From positions 34,195 through 98,194 of IMG/VR virus record IMGVR_UViG_3300008107_000028: DNA of 64,000 bases; one strand, written 5' to 3'. Both the position numbers and the translations under genes were made by a program. Positions 39,952 to 47,856 of this stretch are shown here, piece by piece; position 1 is the stretch's first letter, and each line of letters begins with the position of its first letter. The notes under the pieces are model-generated. The model had not been told where the DNA came from. It saw only the letters and a program-made list of their open reading frames with translations, and searched no databases. This DNA comes from a virus (Duplodnaviria > Caudoviricetes).

Positions 39952-40025
39952 GGACCCTTAGCTCAGTTGGTTAGAGCAAATGACTCATAATCATTAGGTC
40001 CACGGTTCGAGCCCGTGAGGGTCCA
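39952..40025 (+). tRNA. tRNA with CAT anticodon, likely tRNA-Ile2 (lysidine type)
   Basis: AATGA-CTCATAA-TCATT; acceptor GGACCCT has the C4-G69/C5-G68 TilS determinants; no initiator features. Confidence 0.85.
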
Positions 40026-40082
40026 CAAAGGACTTTAATGAACGAAGTACAAGTTTGGAGTAGGTTAGTCCCACCTACAATC

Positions 40083-40154
40083 GCTCAGTTCGTCTAATGG
40101 TTAGGACGTGTCCCTTTCACGGACAAAATACGGGTTCGACTCCCGTACCGAGTA
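40083..40154 (+). tRNA. tRNA-Glu(TTC)
   Basis: TGTCC-CTTTCAC-GGACA; one A-C mismatch in the acceptor stem. Confidence 0.9.
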
Positions 40155-40168
40155 CTATAAAAATTTTT

Positions 40169-40522
40169 ATGAGTAAAGATCAAATGTATAATTTAATAAT
40201 ATCATTTATATTGTTTACAATTGGATCATTTGGTCATTGGTATATTATGTATTGGCAATTTAAAACACCTAATTGGATAAAAAGTCCGATTCCATATTTA
40301 CTGTCTGTTGTTTGCACATTTTTGTGGATCGCAGCTTCTCACTATGGTGTCAAATCTTTTAATGGTGAAATGTGGAGTAACAGATTTTTATTTTTTGTTA
40401 CAGGAATTCTTGTTGCATCTATATTATATCCGTATCATTTTAACCAACACTTTACAGTCAAAACTTTAACACAATTAATTTTGGCTTTACTTATAATAAT
40501 CGTATCATTATTTTGGAAATAA
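40169..40522 (+). CDS. 4-TM membrane protein (SMR/DMT-like topology)
   Basis: Four hydrophobic segments; start reassigned to MSKDQ after tRNA-Glu. Confidence 0.65.
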   Translation: MSKDQMYNLIISFILFTIGSFGHWYIMYWQFKTPNWIKSPIPYLLSVVCTFLWIAASHYGVKSFNGEMWSNRFLFFVTGILVASILYPYHFNQHFTVKTLTQLILALLIIIVSLFWK

Positions 40523-40535
40523 AAAAATCAAGTTT

Positions 40536-40787
40536 ATGTTATCTACTTATTATGTTATTTGTGTAATTTATTGTTTTTATCAATTGAGTAATCGTTATAG
40601 AAAAGATATGATGCCGGGAGGTTTGGGTGTCACACCTGCGATGGACGCAATTATGGTTATTATTTTAGGTTGGGTGTTGGCTCCTATTGACTTTTTTCTA
40701 ACATGGGTTAGATTATATAAAGAAGCTGAAGAGGCAAGAAGGAGAGGAAATAAACAGATTTTAAATGAAGACGATGAAAAACTTTAA
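40536..40787 (+). CDS. Small membrane protein
   Basis: Two hydrophobic segments. Confidence 0.6.
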   Translation: MLSTYYVICVIYCFYQLSNRYRKDMMPGGLGVTPAMDAIMVIILGWVLAPIDFFLTWVRLYKEAEEARRRGNKQILNEDDEKL

Positions 40788-41235
40788 AACATTATATGGA
40801 ATAAAAATTGATAATTTAATTGATTATATTAAGGACTACATAAAAGATAGAAATAATATTGAAATTTTGATAGGATCAGATTCACAATGTTTTAGAAATA
40901 ATAAAACTGTTTATGGTGTTGTGATTGCATTATACACAGCAGGAAAGGGTGCTCATGTTTTATGTAAAAGAGAAAATGGTCCAATGGAATATAATACACA
41001 AAAAAGACTTTTAACTGAAGTTTGGAAATCTGTTGAAACCGCCGAATTCTTAAAAAATAATGGGTTACCTAAACCAACTTGGATTGATATTGATTTGAAT
41101 CCAGATCCAAAATACAAATCCAACTCTGTCCTGAGACAGGCGGTAGGTTTGGTAGAAGGTATGGGATATAAAGTAAGATATAAACAATTAGGTGCAATGT
41201 CAACATATGCTGCAAATCATTTAGTTAGAATTTGA
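40765..41235 (+). CDS. RNase H-like YkuK (DUF458) family protein
   Basis: 'IGSDSQ', 'RLLTEVWKS.E.A', 'IDIDLN', 'YAANHLVR'. Confidence 0.8.
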   Translation: MKTMKNFKTLYGIKIDNLIDYIKDYIKDRNNIEILIGSDSQCFRNNKTVYGVVIALYTAGKGAHVLCKRENGPMEYNTQKRLLTEVWKSVETAEFLKNNGLPKPTWIDIDLNPDPKYKSNSVLRQAVGLVEGMGYKVRYKQLGAMSTYAANHLVRI

Positions 41236-41279
41236 TTTATTAAAATAAAAATCATATATTATTACTATAATTTAAAATT

Positions 41280-41489
41280 ATGAAGTGTATAAAAAATAGT
41301 ACTACAGGAAACATAATTCGCGTTGAAGATAAACAGGCATTTCAAATAGTCGGTAATACTTGGAAATATGTTTCTAAGGATGAGTGGAGAAAATATAAAA
41401 CACCGCAAGTTGTTGAAACTCAACATGATATGGGTGGATCATATGAAGTAAAAAAAGAAAACAAAAAAAATTTAAAAAAAGTTAAGTAA
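41280..41489 (+). CDS. Small hypothetical protein
   Basis: 69 aa; TTGATT-N17-TATATT promoter upstream. Confidence 0.6.
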   Translation: MKCIKNSTTGNIIRVEDKQAFQIVGNTWKYVSKDEWRKYKTPQVVETQHDMGGSYEVKKENKKNLKKVK

Positions 41490-41566
41490 AAATTTTGTTT
41501 TTGTAAAAAGTTATTGTATATTTGTAAAACAATCGGAAACGATAAGTTCTTTGAATCTAAAATATT

Positions 41567-42366
41567 GGCCGCCTATGGTCGATTAAAATAAACCATGAAA
41601 GTGGTATAAAGTGAATCTGAATTGGTTATTTAGGTTTGCGGTTTCCGAAAGGGAACTCGAGTAGGCAAGCGGGATATCGTCTGACCTTAAGTACTGAGGG
41701 TAACACTGTAGGGAACGTGGTTAGATGACCGAGCGATACCGGTCGTTTGGTTGAGGTGGGAACACCAATAAGAATAACTCGATAGAATTATTGTAAGAAG
41801 TGTAGTTATCCAACTACACAATTGCGAAATTCAATACAATGGGGATCTTAAAACCGAAAGGTATGTTCATGTACAGGTGGTGCTGTTATGATCCTTGATT
41901 TGAATCTACCAAGGTTCTTATCTTGAAGGAATCCAAAAGTATGGAGGCAGGGATGTCTCAGAGGGTAGTTTAGTATCGTGTCATCCAAAAGATGGCATGG
42001 CTGGTTGACGGACCACTACCTTCCAAATCGGTAACTAACTTTGTTAATTAAGGTTTAACAAACTCAAAATTAAACAAGGAAAAGTGTCCGTCAGTCGTTA
42101 GAGACAGGTGACTACATAGTCGTGAGGGGTTCACGGCCACAAAGGGTCCCAAACCCAATGTGAATTACAAGAAAGTTCTCTAATCCCGCAAGGATGAGTT
42201 GGGGTGGCAACCTCAAAGAGTAATCAGTATTGTGAGAGTATCTAATGACTTAAGGATTGGTTAATCTAATTGACCGTCACTGGTTGGTACAGTTCAAAAG
42301 ACTGTGGATAAGAAAGGAAACAATAATCTTTCTAAAGTCAACTATTAAAACTTGTAATCTCAGAGG
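41567..42366 (+). ncRNA. GOLLD-like giant structured ncRNA (~800 nt)
   Basis: ORF-free, GC-elevated, many GNRA-type hairpins; segments I recall as GOLLD-like (GGCCGCCTATGGTC, TACTGAGGGTAACACTGTAG, ACAGGTGGTGCTG, GAAAAGTG, TGTAATCTCAG); near tRNAs in a phage. Confidence 0.75.
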
Positions 42367-42368
42367 AT

Positions 42369-42971
42369 ATGTATGATCATATTACGATAATTGCGGATAT
42401 ACAGAATGAAAATTTTGACATTTTAAACAAGTATTTCGATTCATTAAATGATTCTAATTACATTGATAATGGAATAAGAAATTTTTTAATTTATGCTGAC
42501 GAAAATTATTTGATGAATAATGAAGAATATGTTGAAAAAATAGAAAAATTATACATTTTTAAAAATAATGAAATACGAAATATATTAAATTTATCTCTTG
42601 AATATTTAAGATCTTTATTCTCAATAAGAAGAATTTGGTTAATGTCATATTCACCAAAATCAAACATCAGTTTTCATGTTGATAGTGAATTAAAACGTCA
42701 TTTAATCTGCTTTAATGAAGATGATATGTTTTTTAATTATGAGTGTAATGGTGGTGATCTTCATAAAAGAAATTTATCATATACCGAAAATTTAGAAAAA
42801 ATGATTAATGATCCATTAAAATTTAATGATTTCTTTTTGAAAGATGACCCTAACAATAAAATAATTAATTCGAAAAAAAATAAAATTTACAGTTTTGGTG
42901 ATTGTGGTCATTCTTTTTTTAATGGTTCAGATACAAAATATAGATTTAATTTAGTTTTTGAAATATTTTAA
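42369..42971 (+). CDS. Putative 2OG-Fe(II) oxygenase (Asp/Asn beta-hydroxylase-like)
   Basis: 'FHVD', distal 'HSFFNGS..YRFNLV'. Confidence 0.6.
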   Translation: MYDHITIIADIQNENFDILNKYFDSLNDSNYIDNGIRNFLIYADENYLMNNEEYVEKIEKLYIFKNNEIRNILNLSLEYLRSLFSIRRIWLMSYSPKSNISFHVDSELKRHLICFNEDDMFFNYECNGGDLHKRNLSYTENLEKMINDPLKFNDFFLKDDPNNKIINSKKNKIYSFGDCGHSFFNGSDTKYRFNLVFEIF

Positions 42972-43001
42972 ATATTCAATTTATTTTGTTATATTTCCAT
43001 A

Positions 43002-43739
43002 ATGAAAATTGTTTGCATATCCGACACACATGGTCTTCATAAATCCATGGAACACTTATTACCTGAAGGTGATATTTTAATTCATGCTGGTGATTGCACA
43101 AATGTTGGTAAAGAAAAAGAAATTGAGGAGTTTATATATTGGTTTCAAAATTTAAAAGGTTTCGATACGAAAATTTTTATTGCAGGTAATCACGATTTTG
43201 GTTTTGAACATTATAATGGTGTTAGACATAATAATGAGGCACCGTGGCTACATCATTTATTGAATGAAGAAAACTTATCACAATCGGATGTTGTTTATTT
43301 ACATGATTCCGAATTTATCATTGAGTCACCTGAATTTTCCAGACCAATAAAATTTTATGGATCACCATGGCAACCTGAATTTTATAATTGGGCTTTTAAT
43401 CTTCCAAGAAATGGTTGGGAGTTAGAAGTTAAATGGAAGGACATTCCTGAAGATACTGATGTTTTAATTACACACGGACCACCTCATGGAGTTAGAGACT
43501 TTACACCAAACAATCTACAAGTTGGTTGTGAATTACTAAGGTTTCGCGTGGAACATTTAAATCCACCTGTTCATATTTTTGGACATATACATGGGGCATA
43601 TGGTGCAGCACAAATAGGTGAAACATTATATGTGAATGCTTCTACATGCACTGAAAGATACAAACCAACCAATAAACCAATCATCATTGAATTAAATGAA
43701 TATGATGGTAATATAATTTCTTCTTATGTCGATTATTAA
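43002..43739 (+). CDS. Calcineurin-like metallophosphoesterase
   Basis: ISDTH, IHAGD, AGNHD, THGPP, FGHIH. Confidence 0.93.
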   Translation: MKIVCISDTHGLHKSMEHLLPEGDILIHAGDCTNVGKEKEIEEFIYWFQNLKGFDTKIFIAGNHDFGFEHYNGVRHNNEAPWLHHLLNEENLSQSDVVYLHDSEFIIESPEFSRPIKFYGSPWQPEFYNWAFNLPRNGWELEVKWKDIPEDTDVLITHGPPHGVRDFTPNNLQVGCELLRFRVEHLNPPVHIFGHIHGAYGAAQIGETLYVNASTCTERYKPTNKPIIIELNEYDGNIISSYVDY

Positions 43740-44400
43740 TCCTGTTAGTGTTGTTATATCAACAAGGCAAATAGATGACAAATATTTAGAACATGTTTCT
43801 AAAATGTTTTCACATCCAAAAACTGAAATAATAGTATATGAAAATCAAAATGAATTTTCATTACCATACTTGTATAATAAAGGGTTAGATGAATCAACGA
43901 ATGATATTGTTGTTTTCATGCATGATGATCTAATTATTGAAACTACAAATGTCACAAAAAAAATTGTTAGATTATTTGAGACCAATCCCGATCATGGGAT
44001 AATAGGAATAGCGGGTACCAATAATTTAATTAATGGTATGTGGTGGACAGATAGAAAATCTATGTATGGACAAGTAAAACATGAACATGAAGGTAAAATT
44101 CATAGGAATAATTATTCAGGACCATACAACGAATTTTTAAAAAATGTGGTTTGTATAGACGGACTATTTTTCGCAGTTCACAAAAAAAGAATAAAAGAAA
44201 AATTTGATGAAGAATTTGTTGGTTTTCATTTTTATGACATACCGTTTTGTGTTTCTAATTTTATAAAACAAGTTAAAATCGGAGTAACCACCAAAATTAT
44301 GGTTGTTCATAAGTCAATCGGGATGGTAAATAAACAATGGGAAAAGAATAAACTATTTTTTGAGGCAAAATATGGTAATCTTCTTCCACTGACCTCGTAG
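43726..44400 (+). CDS. GT-A fold glycosyltransferase
   Basis: 'YNKGL...VVFMHDD', 'GIIGIAG', 'IDGLFFA', 'FDE.F.GFHFYD'. Confidence 0.85.
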   Translation: MSIINPVSVVISTRQIDDKYLEHVSKMFSHPKTEIIVYENQNEFSLPYLYNKGLDESTNDIVVFMHDDLIIETTNVTKKIVRLFETNPDHGIIGIAGTNNLINGMWWTDRKSMYGQVKHEHEGKIHRNNYSGPYNEFLKNVVCIDGLFFAVHKKRIKEKFDEEFVGFHFYDIPFCVSNFIKQVKIGVTTKIMVVHKSIGMVNKQWEKNKLFFEAKYGNLLPLTS

Positions 44401-44449
44401 ATGATTTTCTAAATTAAAGAAGTATTTATTTATATAAAAACTTCAAACT

Positions 44450-44644
44450 ATGGGTACAGTTTTATTAATTTTAGCAGTATTAGCAGGTGTGGCATTTCTT
44501 TTAATTAAGAGTGGTAAACTTAGCGATAAAAATGGTAACAATATTCCTGATGTGGTTGAAAAACCTATTGTGGAAGTAGTTGCAAAAGTTAAAAAAACCG
44601 CTAAAAAAGCAACTGCAAAAAAATCAGCGAAAAAATCTAAATAA
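44450..44644 (+). CDS. Small membrane protein with a histone-like K/A tail
   Basis: N-terminal TM, DKNGNNIPD motif, KKATAKK tail. Confidence 0.65.
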   Translation: MGTVLLILAVLAGVAFLLIKSGKLSDKNGNNIPDVVEKPIVEVVAKVKKTAKKATAKKSAKKSK

Positions 44645-44716
44645 TCATTTAAATTTATAGTATTGTGGGTTAAAATTAGGTTTTTAACCCTTTTTTTTCT
44701 ATATTTGTACTATATT

Positions 44717-45122
44717 GGGGGTGCTTGGATTTGACGGGCGTTGATATGGTAAATGGGCACGTAGTCGGATGTCATCTACGACTTAAATCTATGGTGATAA
44801 AAATTAAACGGCAACGTTTACAACAACATGGAAGTATCAGGTCTTCTTGCAACTTCTAAAGTGGCTGCCTAATTAGGTCCCCACTAACGGGTCGATGGAC
44901 ACATAACCTTGGAACAGAAGTCCCTACGGTGTGATACCACCAAAAGAGTGTCAGGGAGTTGTTTTCGGTTCAATCCTATTTAATAGGAACCGACCACAGT
45001 TGTGAGTTCTGATGGAAAAATAAGAACCCTCTATTTGTCAGTTGAGAACTAACTGAATAAACGTGTAGTCCATTTATGATATGGCGGTTCGGACAAGGGT
45101 TCGACTCCCTTCACCTCCACCA
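44717..45122 (+). ncRNA. ssrA: tmRNA
   Basis: 5' GGGGGTG / 3' CACCTCC-A-CCA with G3.U70; GATTTGAC D-loop analog; T-arm GGTTCGACTCC; tag ORF at 44810-44872 GNVYNNMEVSGLLATSKVAA*. Confidence 0.93.
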
Positions 45123-45157
45123 AAAATTAAACCCATCAATTGATGGGTTTTTTTATT

Positions 45158-45646
45158 TTAATCACTTGATTTGTTTATGTTTGGGTCTGACATATTCTGA
45201 ATATACGCATCAACTAACCTACTCACTGCTTCAGGTTTTTCATCTGCTTTGAATTTTACTTTAATTCTGGACATACCAGACCTATCAGTATTTTTACCAG
45301 AATCAACTTCTATACCTTTGATGTTGTGTTCGTACCCTTGTTTTTTGAATAAACCCAATAACGACCTTTTTAGGTCTGAAACATTTGTCTCATCCTCACC
45401 AAATATTAATCTGGCCTCAAATTCAATATCTAACTCGTCTAATCCTATGGAAGAGTGATCCGCCAAAATATAAAGAGGTACATCTAAACTCTTATCTCCA
45501 ATAATGAAGGTATGAAATTTAGGTGTACCATCTTGATTGAAATAGTTTCTAATGGCATTTATATGCTGTCTTTCACTTATACCCTGAGCGACCATGGCAG
45601 CCTCCAAAAGTCCACCAACAAGTTCTTCTATATTTAATCTTGCCAT
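45158..45646 (-). CDS. DUF2589-like protein
   Basis: 'LEAAMVAQ...HIN....YF', 'VPLYIL......LDELDIEFE', 'PEAVSRL'; paired with a paralog. Confidence 0.7.
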   Translation of the reverse strand: MARLNIEELVGGLLEAAMVAQGISERQHINAIRNYFNQDGTPKFHTFIIGDKSLDVPLYILADHSSIGLDELDIEFEARLIFGEDETNVSDLKRSLLGLFKKQGYEHNIKGIEVDSGKNTDRSGMSRIKVKFKADEKPEAVSRLVDAYIQNMSDPNINKSSD

Positions 45647-45696
45647 AATTATGATTTATATTAAAATATAACATAAATCATTCACAAAATCAAACA

Positions 45697-46293
45697 TTAT
45701 TTACTTGGGTCTGCCGTAAGTGGAATTAAAGATGGTTCTAACATTTGAGTTAAATAATCTGATAATTTCAACATACCTTCAGTTGCGGGTAATTGTTCAG
45801 CATGTACTTTTACCTCATATTTTGCTGAGTTATCTGTACTTCTTGTATTCTCTTTGTGTGTGGCAACCTTTCCAGCAACGGTTGCAGAAAATTTCATTCC
45901 CCACCAACTTGCTGATGCTGATGCTGAATATGAAGTCTCACTATCTGAACTTTCCTTTGCGGTTTCAGATGTTTTAACCTCCATTGTGAAACCAATATCG
46001 GCGGATGTAATGGCTAAAGAAGGTAATGGAACTAATGGTAACATAGGAACTTTATTATACAATTTCTGTATAGTTTGTTCACCTGTTGCACCGTCAGTTA
46101 CTACCCTGTTCATTTCTACGTCCAATGAACGAGCACTTGTTTTACCATCCTTATCTTTTTCGAAAGCAACCTCTGAGATATATCTCCAAGTAACTTCGTT
46201 TAATTTTGCTTGACCTTTAGCCATACCGACAATAGGTGAAACAATTAGATCTTCAATTGGAAGACCCGCAAATTGATCTGCAATTCCTGGCAT
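45697..46293 (-). CDS. DUF2589 family protein
   Basis: 'QFAGLPIEDLI.SP.....GQ..L', 'VPML.LVP.PSL.I', 'RSTDNSAKY.V.V.A...EG...L'. Confidence 0.8.
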   Translation of the reverse strand: MPGIADQFAGLPIEDLIVSPIVGMAKGQAKLNEVTWRYISEVAFEKDKDGKTSARSLDVEMNRVVTDGATGEQTIQKLYNKVPMLPLVPLPSLAITSADIGFTMEVKTSETAKESSDSETSYSASASASWWGMKFSATVAGKVATHKENTRSTDNSAKYEVKVHAEQLPATEGMLKLSDYLTQMLEPSLIPLTADPSK

Positions 46294-46344
46294 AAAATTT
46301 GAATTTAGTTTGTTTTATTAACTATAAATACTTCAATAAATCTA

Positions 46345-46548
46345 TTAGGAAAACTTAACCATACCCTTATATTGCCCTTTTATCTTTTCTATCTCAGACA
46401 TTGTTTCTTTGTAGGTTTTAAAAATATCTTCATTAACGGTGAAATTAAAACTTGTTTGACAGTGAGGACATACACATATTGGGTTTTTCATTATAAATTC
46501 TAAAGTTAATCCTAAAGGATTTTTACATGTGGGACAAGGAAACGACAT
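46345..46548 (-). CDS. Small zinc-ribbon protein
   Basis: CPTC...CPHC. Confidence 0.7.
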   Translation of the reverse strand: MSFPCPTCKNPLGLTLEFIMKNPICVCPHCQTSFNFTVNEDIFKTYKETMSEIEKIKGQYKGMVKFS

Positions 46549-46588
46549 AATTGAATATAATAATAAAATATAAAATAATAAACTATAT

Positions 46589-46680
46589 AACGAACAAAGA
46601 GGTCTTTAGGACCCCTTTGCCGAGATTAGAATACCTCCTTTCGTTTTTTCATATTATCACTTAACGGCGACCAAACCAAT
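46589..46680 (-). ncRNA. Putative small RNA 'B' with an extended Shine-Dalgarno-like tract and a mini-ORF MKKRKEVF*
   Basis: TATTTATT at 46691-46698, GAAAGGAGGTATTCTA, terminator-like hairpin CAAAGGGGTC/GACCTCTTTG. Confidence 0.55.
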
Positions 46681-47834
46681 TAAGATCTATAATAAATATC
46701 TTTTAAATTTCTTCTTACAGATTCCTTAATTATTTTTTTTATTTTTTTATTTTCTTCCAATTTTTTCAAATCAGGAACTTTGGATCTTATTACATTATAT
46801 TCATCTTTAGTAATTCCGTCACCACTTGAAATCCAATCTAAATTTTTTAATTCGTCAATTAATTCCTGAGTTAATGAATTACCATGTCTTCCACTAAGAA
46901 ACTTTTTATTTAATAACCCAATTATATCGTTTTCACATCCTATTTTCCATTTGGATTTTTCTAAAGATGCAAGAGAGCAATAATTTTGTGTTTTTTGCGG
47001 TTTTGGTGGAGTTGGTTCTTCTTTGGGTTTTGGAACTTCTGTAGGTTTTGGGTTCGGTTTATTGTCTACTTGTATAACTTGATCTTCTTCAGAATCACTT
47101 TCATCATCGTATTCACCATCAGGTATTAAGGACTTAAATTCGTATGTTCCGGTATATTTTGGATGTGTTATTTTTAAAGTAAAATCACAATAAACTGTAC
47201 CATTTTCATCAGGTTCAGGACATTTGAATTTTACGGTACCTATAGATGTGGGTACCTTTACTCCTTGCAAATATGTAAAAACATTTAGTACGTCTGTTCT
47301 TTTTGTTAATTCTAATACAAGAATTGTGTCTTTATCTTTTTCTATTTCCAATTTTACAACATCAGTGGGATCTTCTAAACTTATAGATTTTTCTAAAATA
47401 CTTACCATCCCGATTTGATCATTTTCATAATCACCATAATATTCTTCAATATCTCTTTGTGGTTGTACACAATAGTTTGTGTTTTTAACAAAAGAAAGAT
47501 CACATGCGTATGTTAAGAAAAAGTCTTGTTCAGACATGTTTCTCATTTCATCATTTTTAACACTTCCTTTGGCAATTTTGTATATGTCTTTAATACCACT
47601 CATTTTTGGATAATCCGGTAATTTTTCAATTGATGAAAAAAACAATTTACCCCAAGCTTGATATAACGCTTCTTTTTGTGATTCATTCTTACCATCTTCT
47701 AATTTTTTAAATGAGTAATATTTTTTTTCCTTACCAACAGGAATAGAAACAGCATGTTTAGTTGAATCATATAGAATTTTTCTAAACTCTTCAGTGGTGT
47801 ATTTTTTTTCTTCTGTTGATTGTTCTTTTATCAT
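46680..47834 (-). CDS. Hypothetical protein, probable head-internal
   Basis: 384 aa; IKE motifs; P/K-rich linker. Confidence 0.6.
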   Translation of the reverse strand: MIKEQSTEEKKYTTEEFRKILYDSTKHAVSIPVGKEKKYYSFKKLEDGKNESQKEALYQAWGKLFFSSIEKLPDYPKMSGIKDIYKIAKGSVKNDEMRNMSEQDFFLTYACDLSFVKNTNYCVQPQRDIEEYYGDYENDQIGMVSILEKSISLEDPTDVVKLEIEKDKDTILVLELTKRTDVLNVFTYLQGVKVPTSIGTVKFKCPEPDENGTVYCDFTLKITHPKYTGTYEFKSLIPDGEYDDESDSEEDQVIQVDNKPNPKPTEVPKPKEEPTPPKPQKTQNYCSLASLEKSKWKIGCENDIIGLLNKKFLSGRHGNSLTQELIDELKNLDWISSGDGITKDEYNVIRSKVPDLKKLEENKKIKKIIKESVRRNLKDIYYRS

Positions 47835-47856
47835 AAAATTTGTAACTTTTTTTGTT

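Noticed and set aside
40026-40082. Possible additional tRNA between tRNA(CAT) and tRNA-Glu
   Set aside because: Only one small hairpin (GTAGGT/ACCTAC); too short for a cloverleaf
41567-42366. Group I/II intron, RNase P RNA or rRNA fragment
   Set aside because: No interrupted gene and no recognisable intron, RNase P or rRNA signature; size and motifs fit GOLLD better
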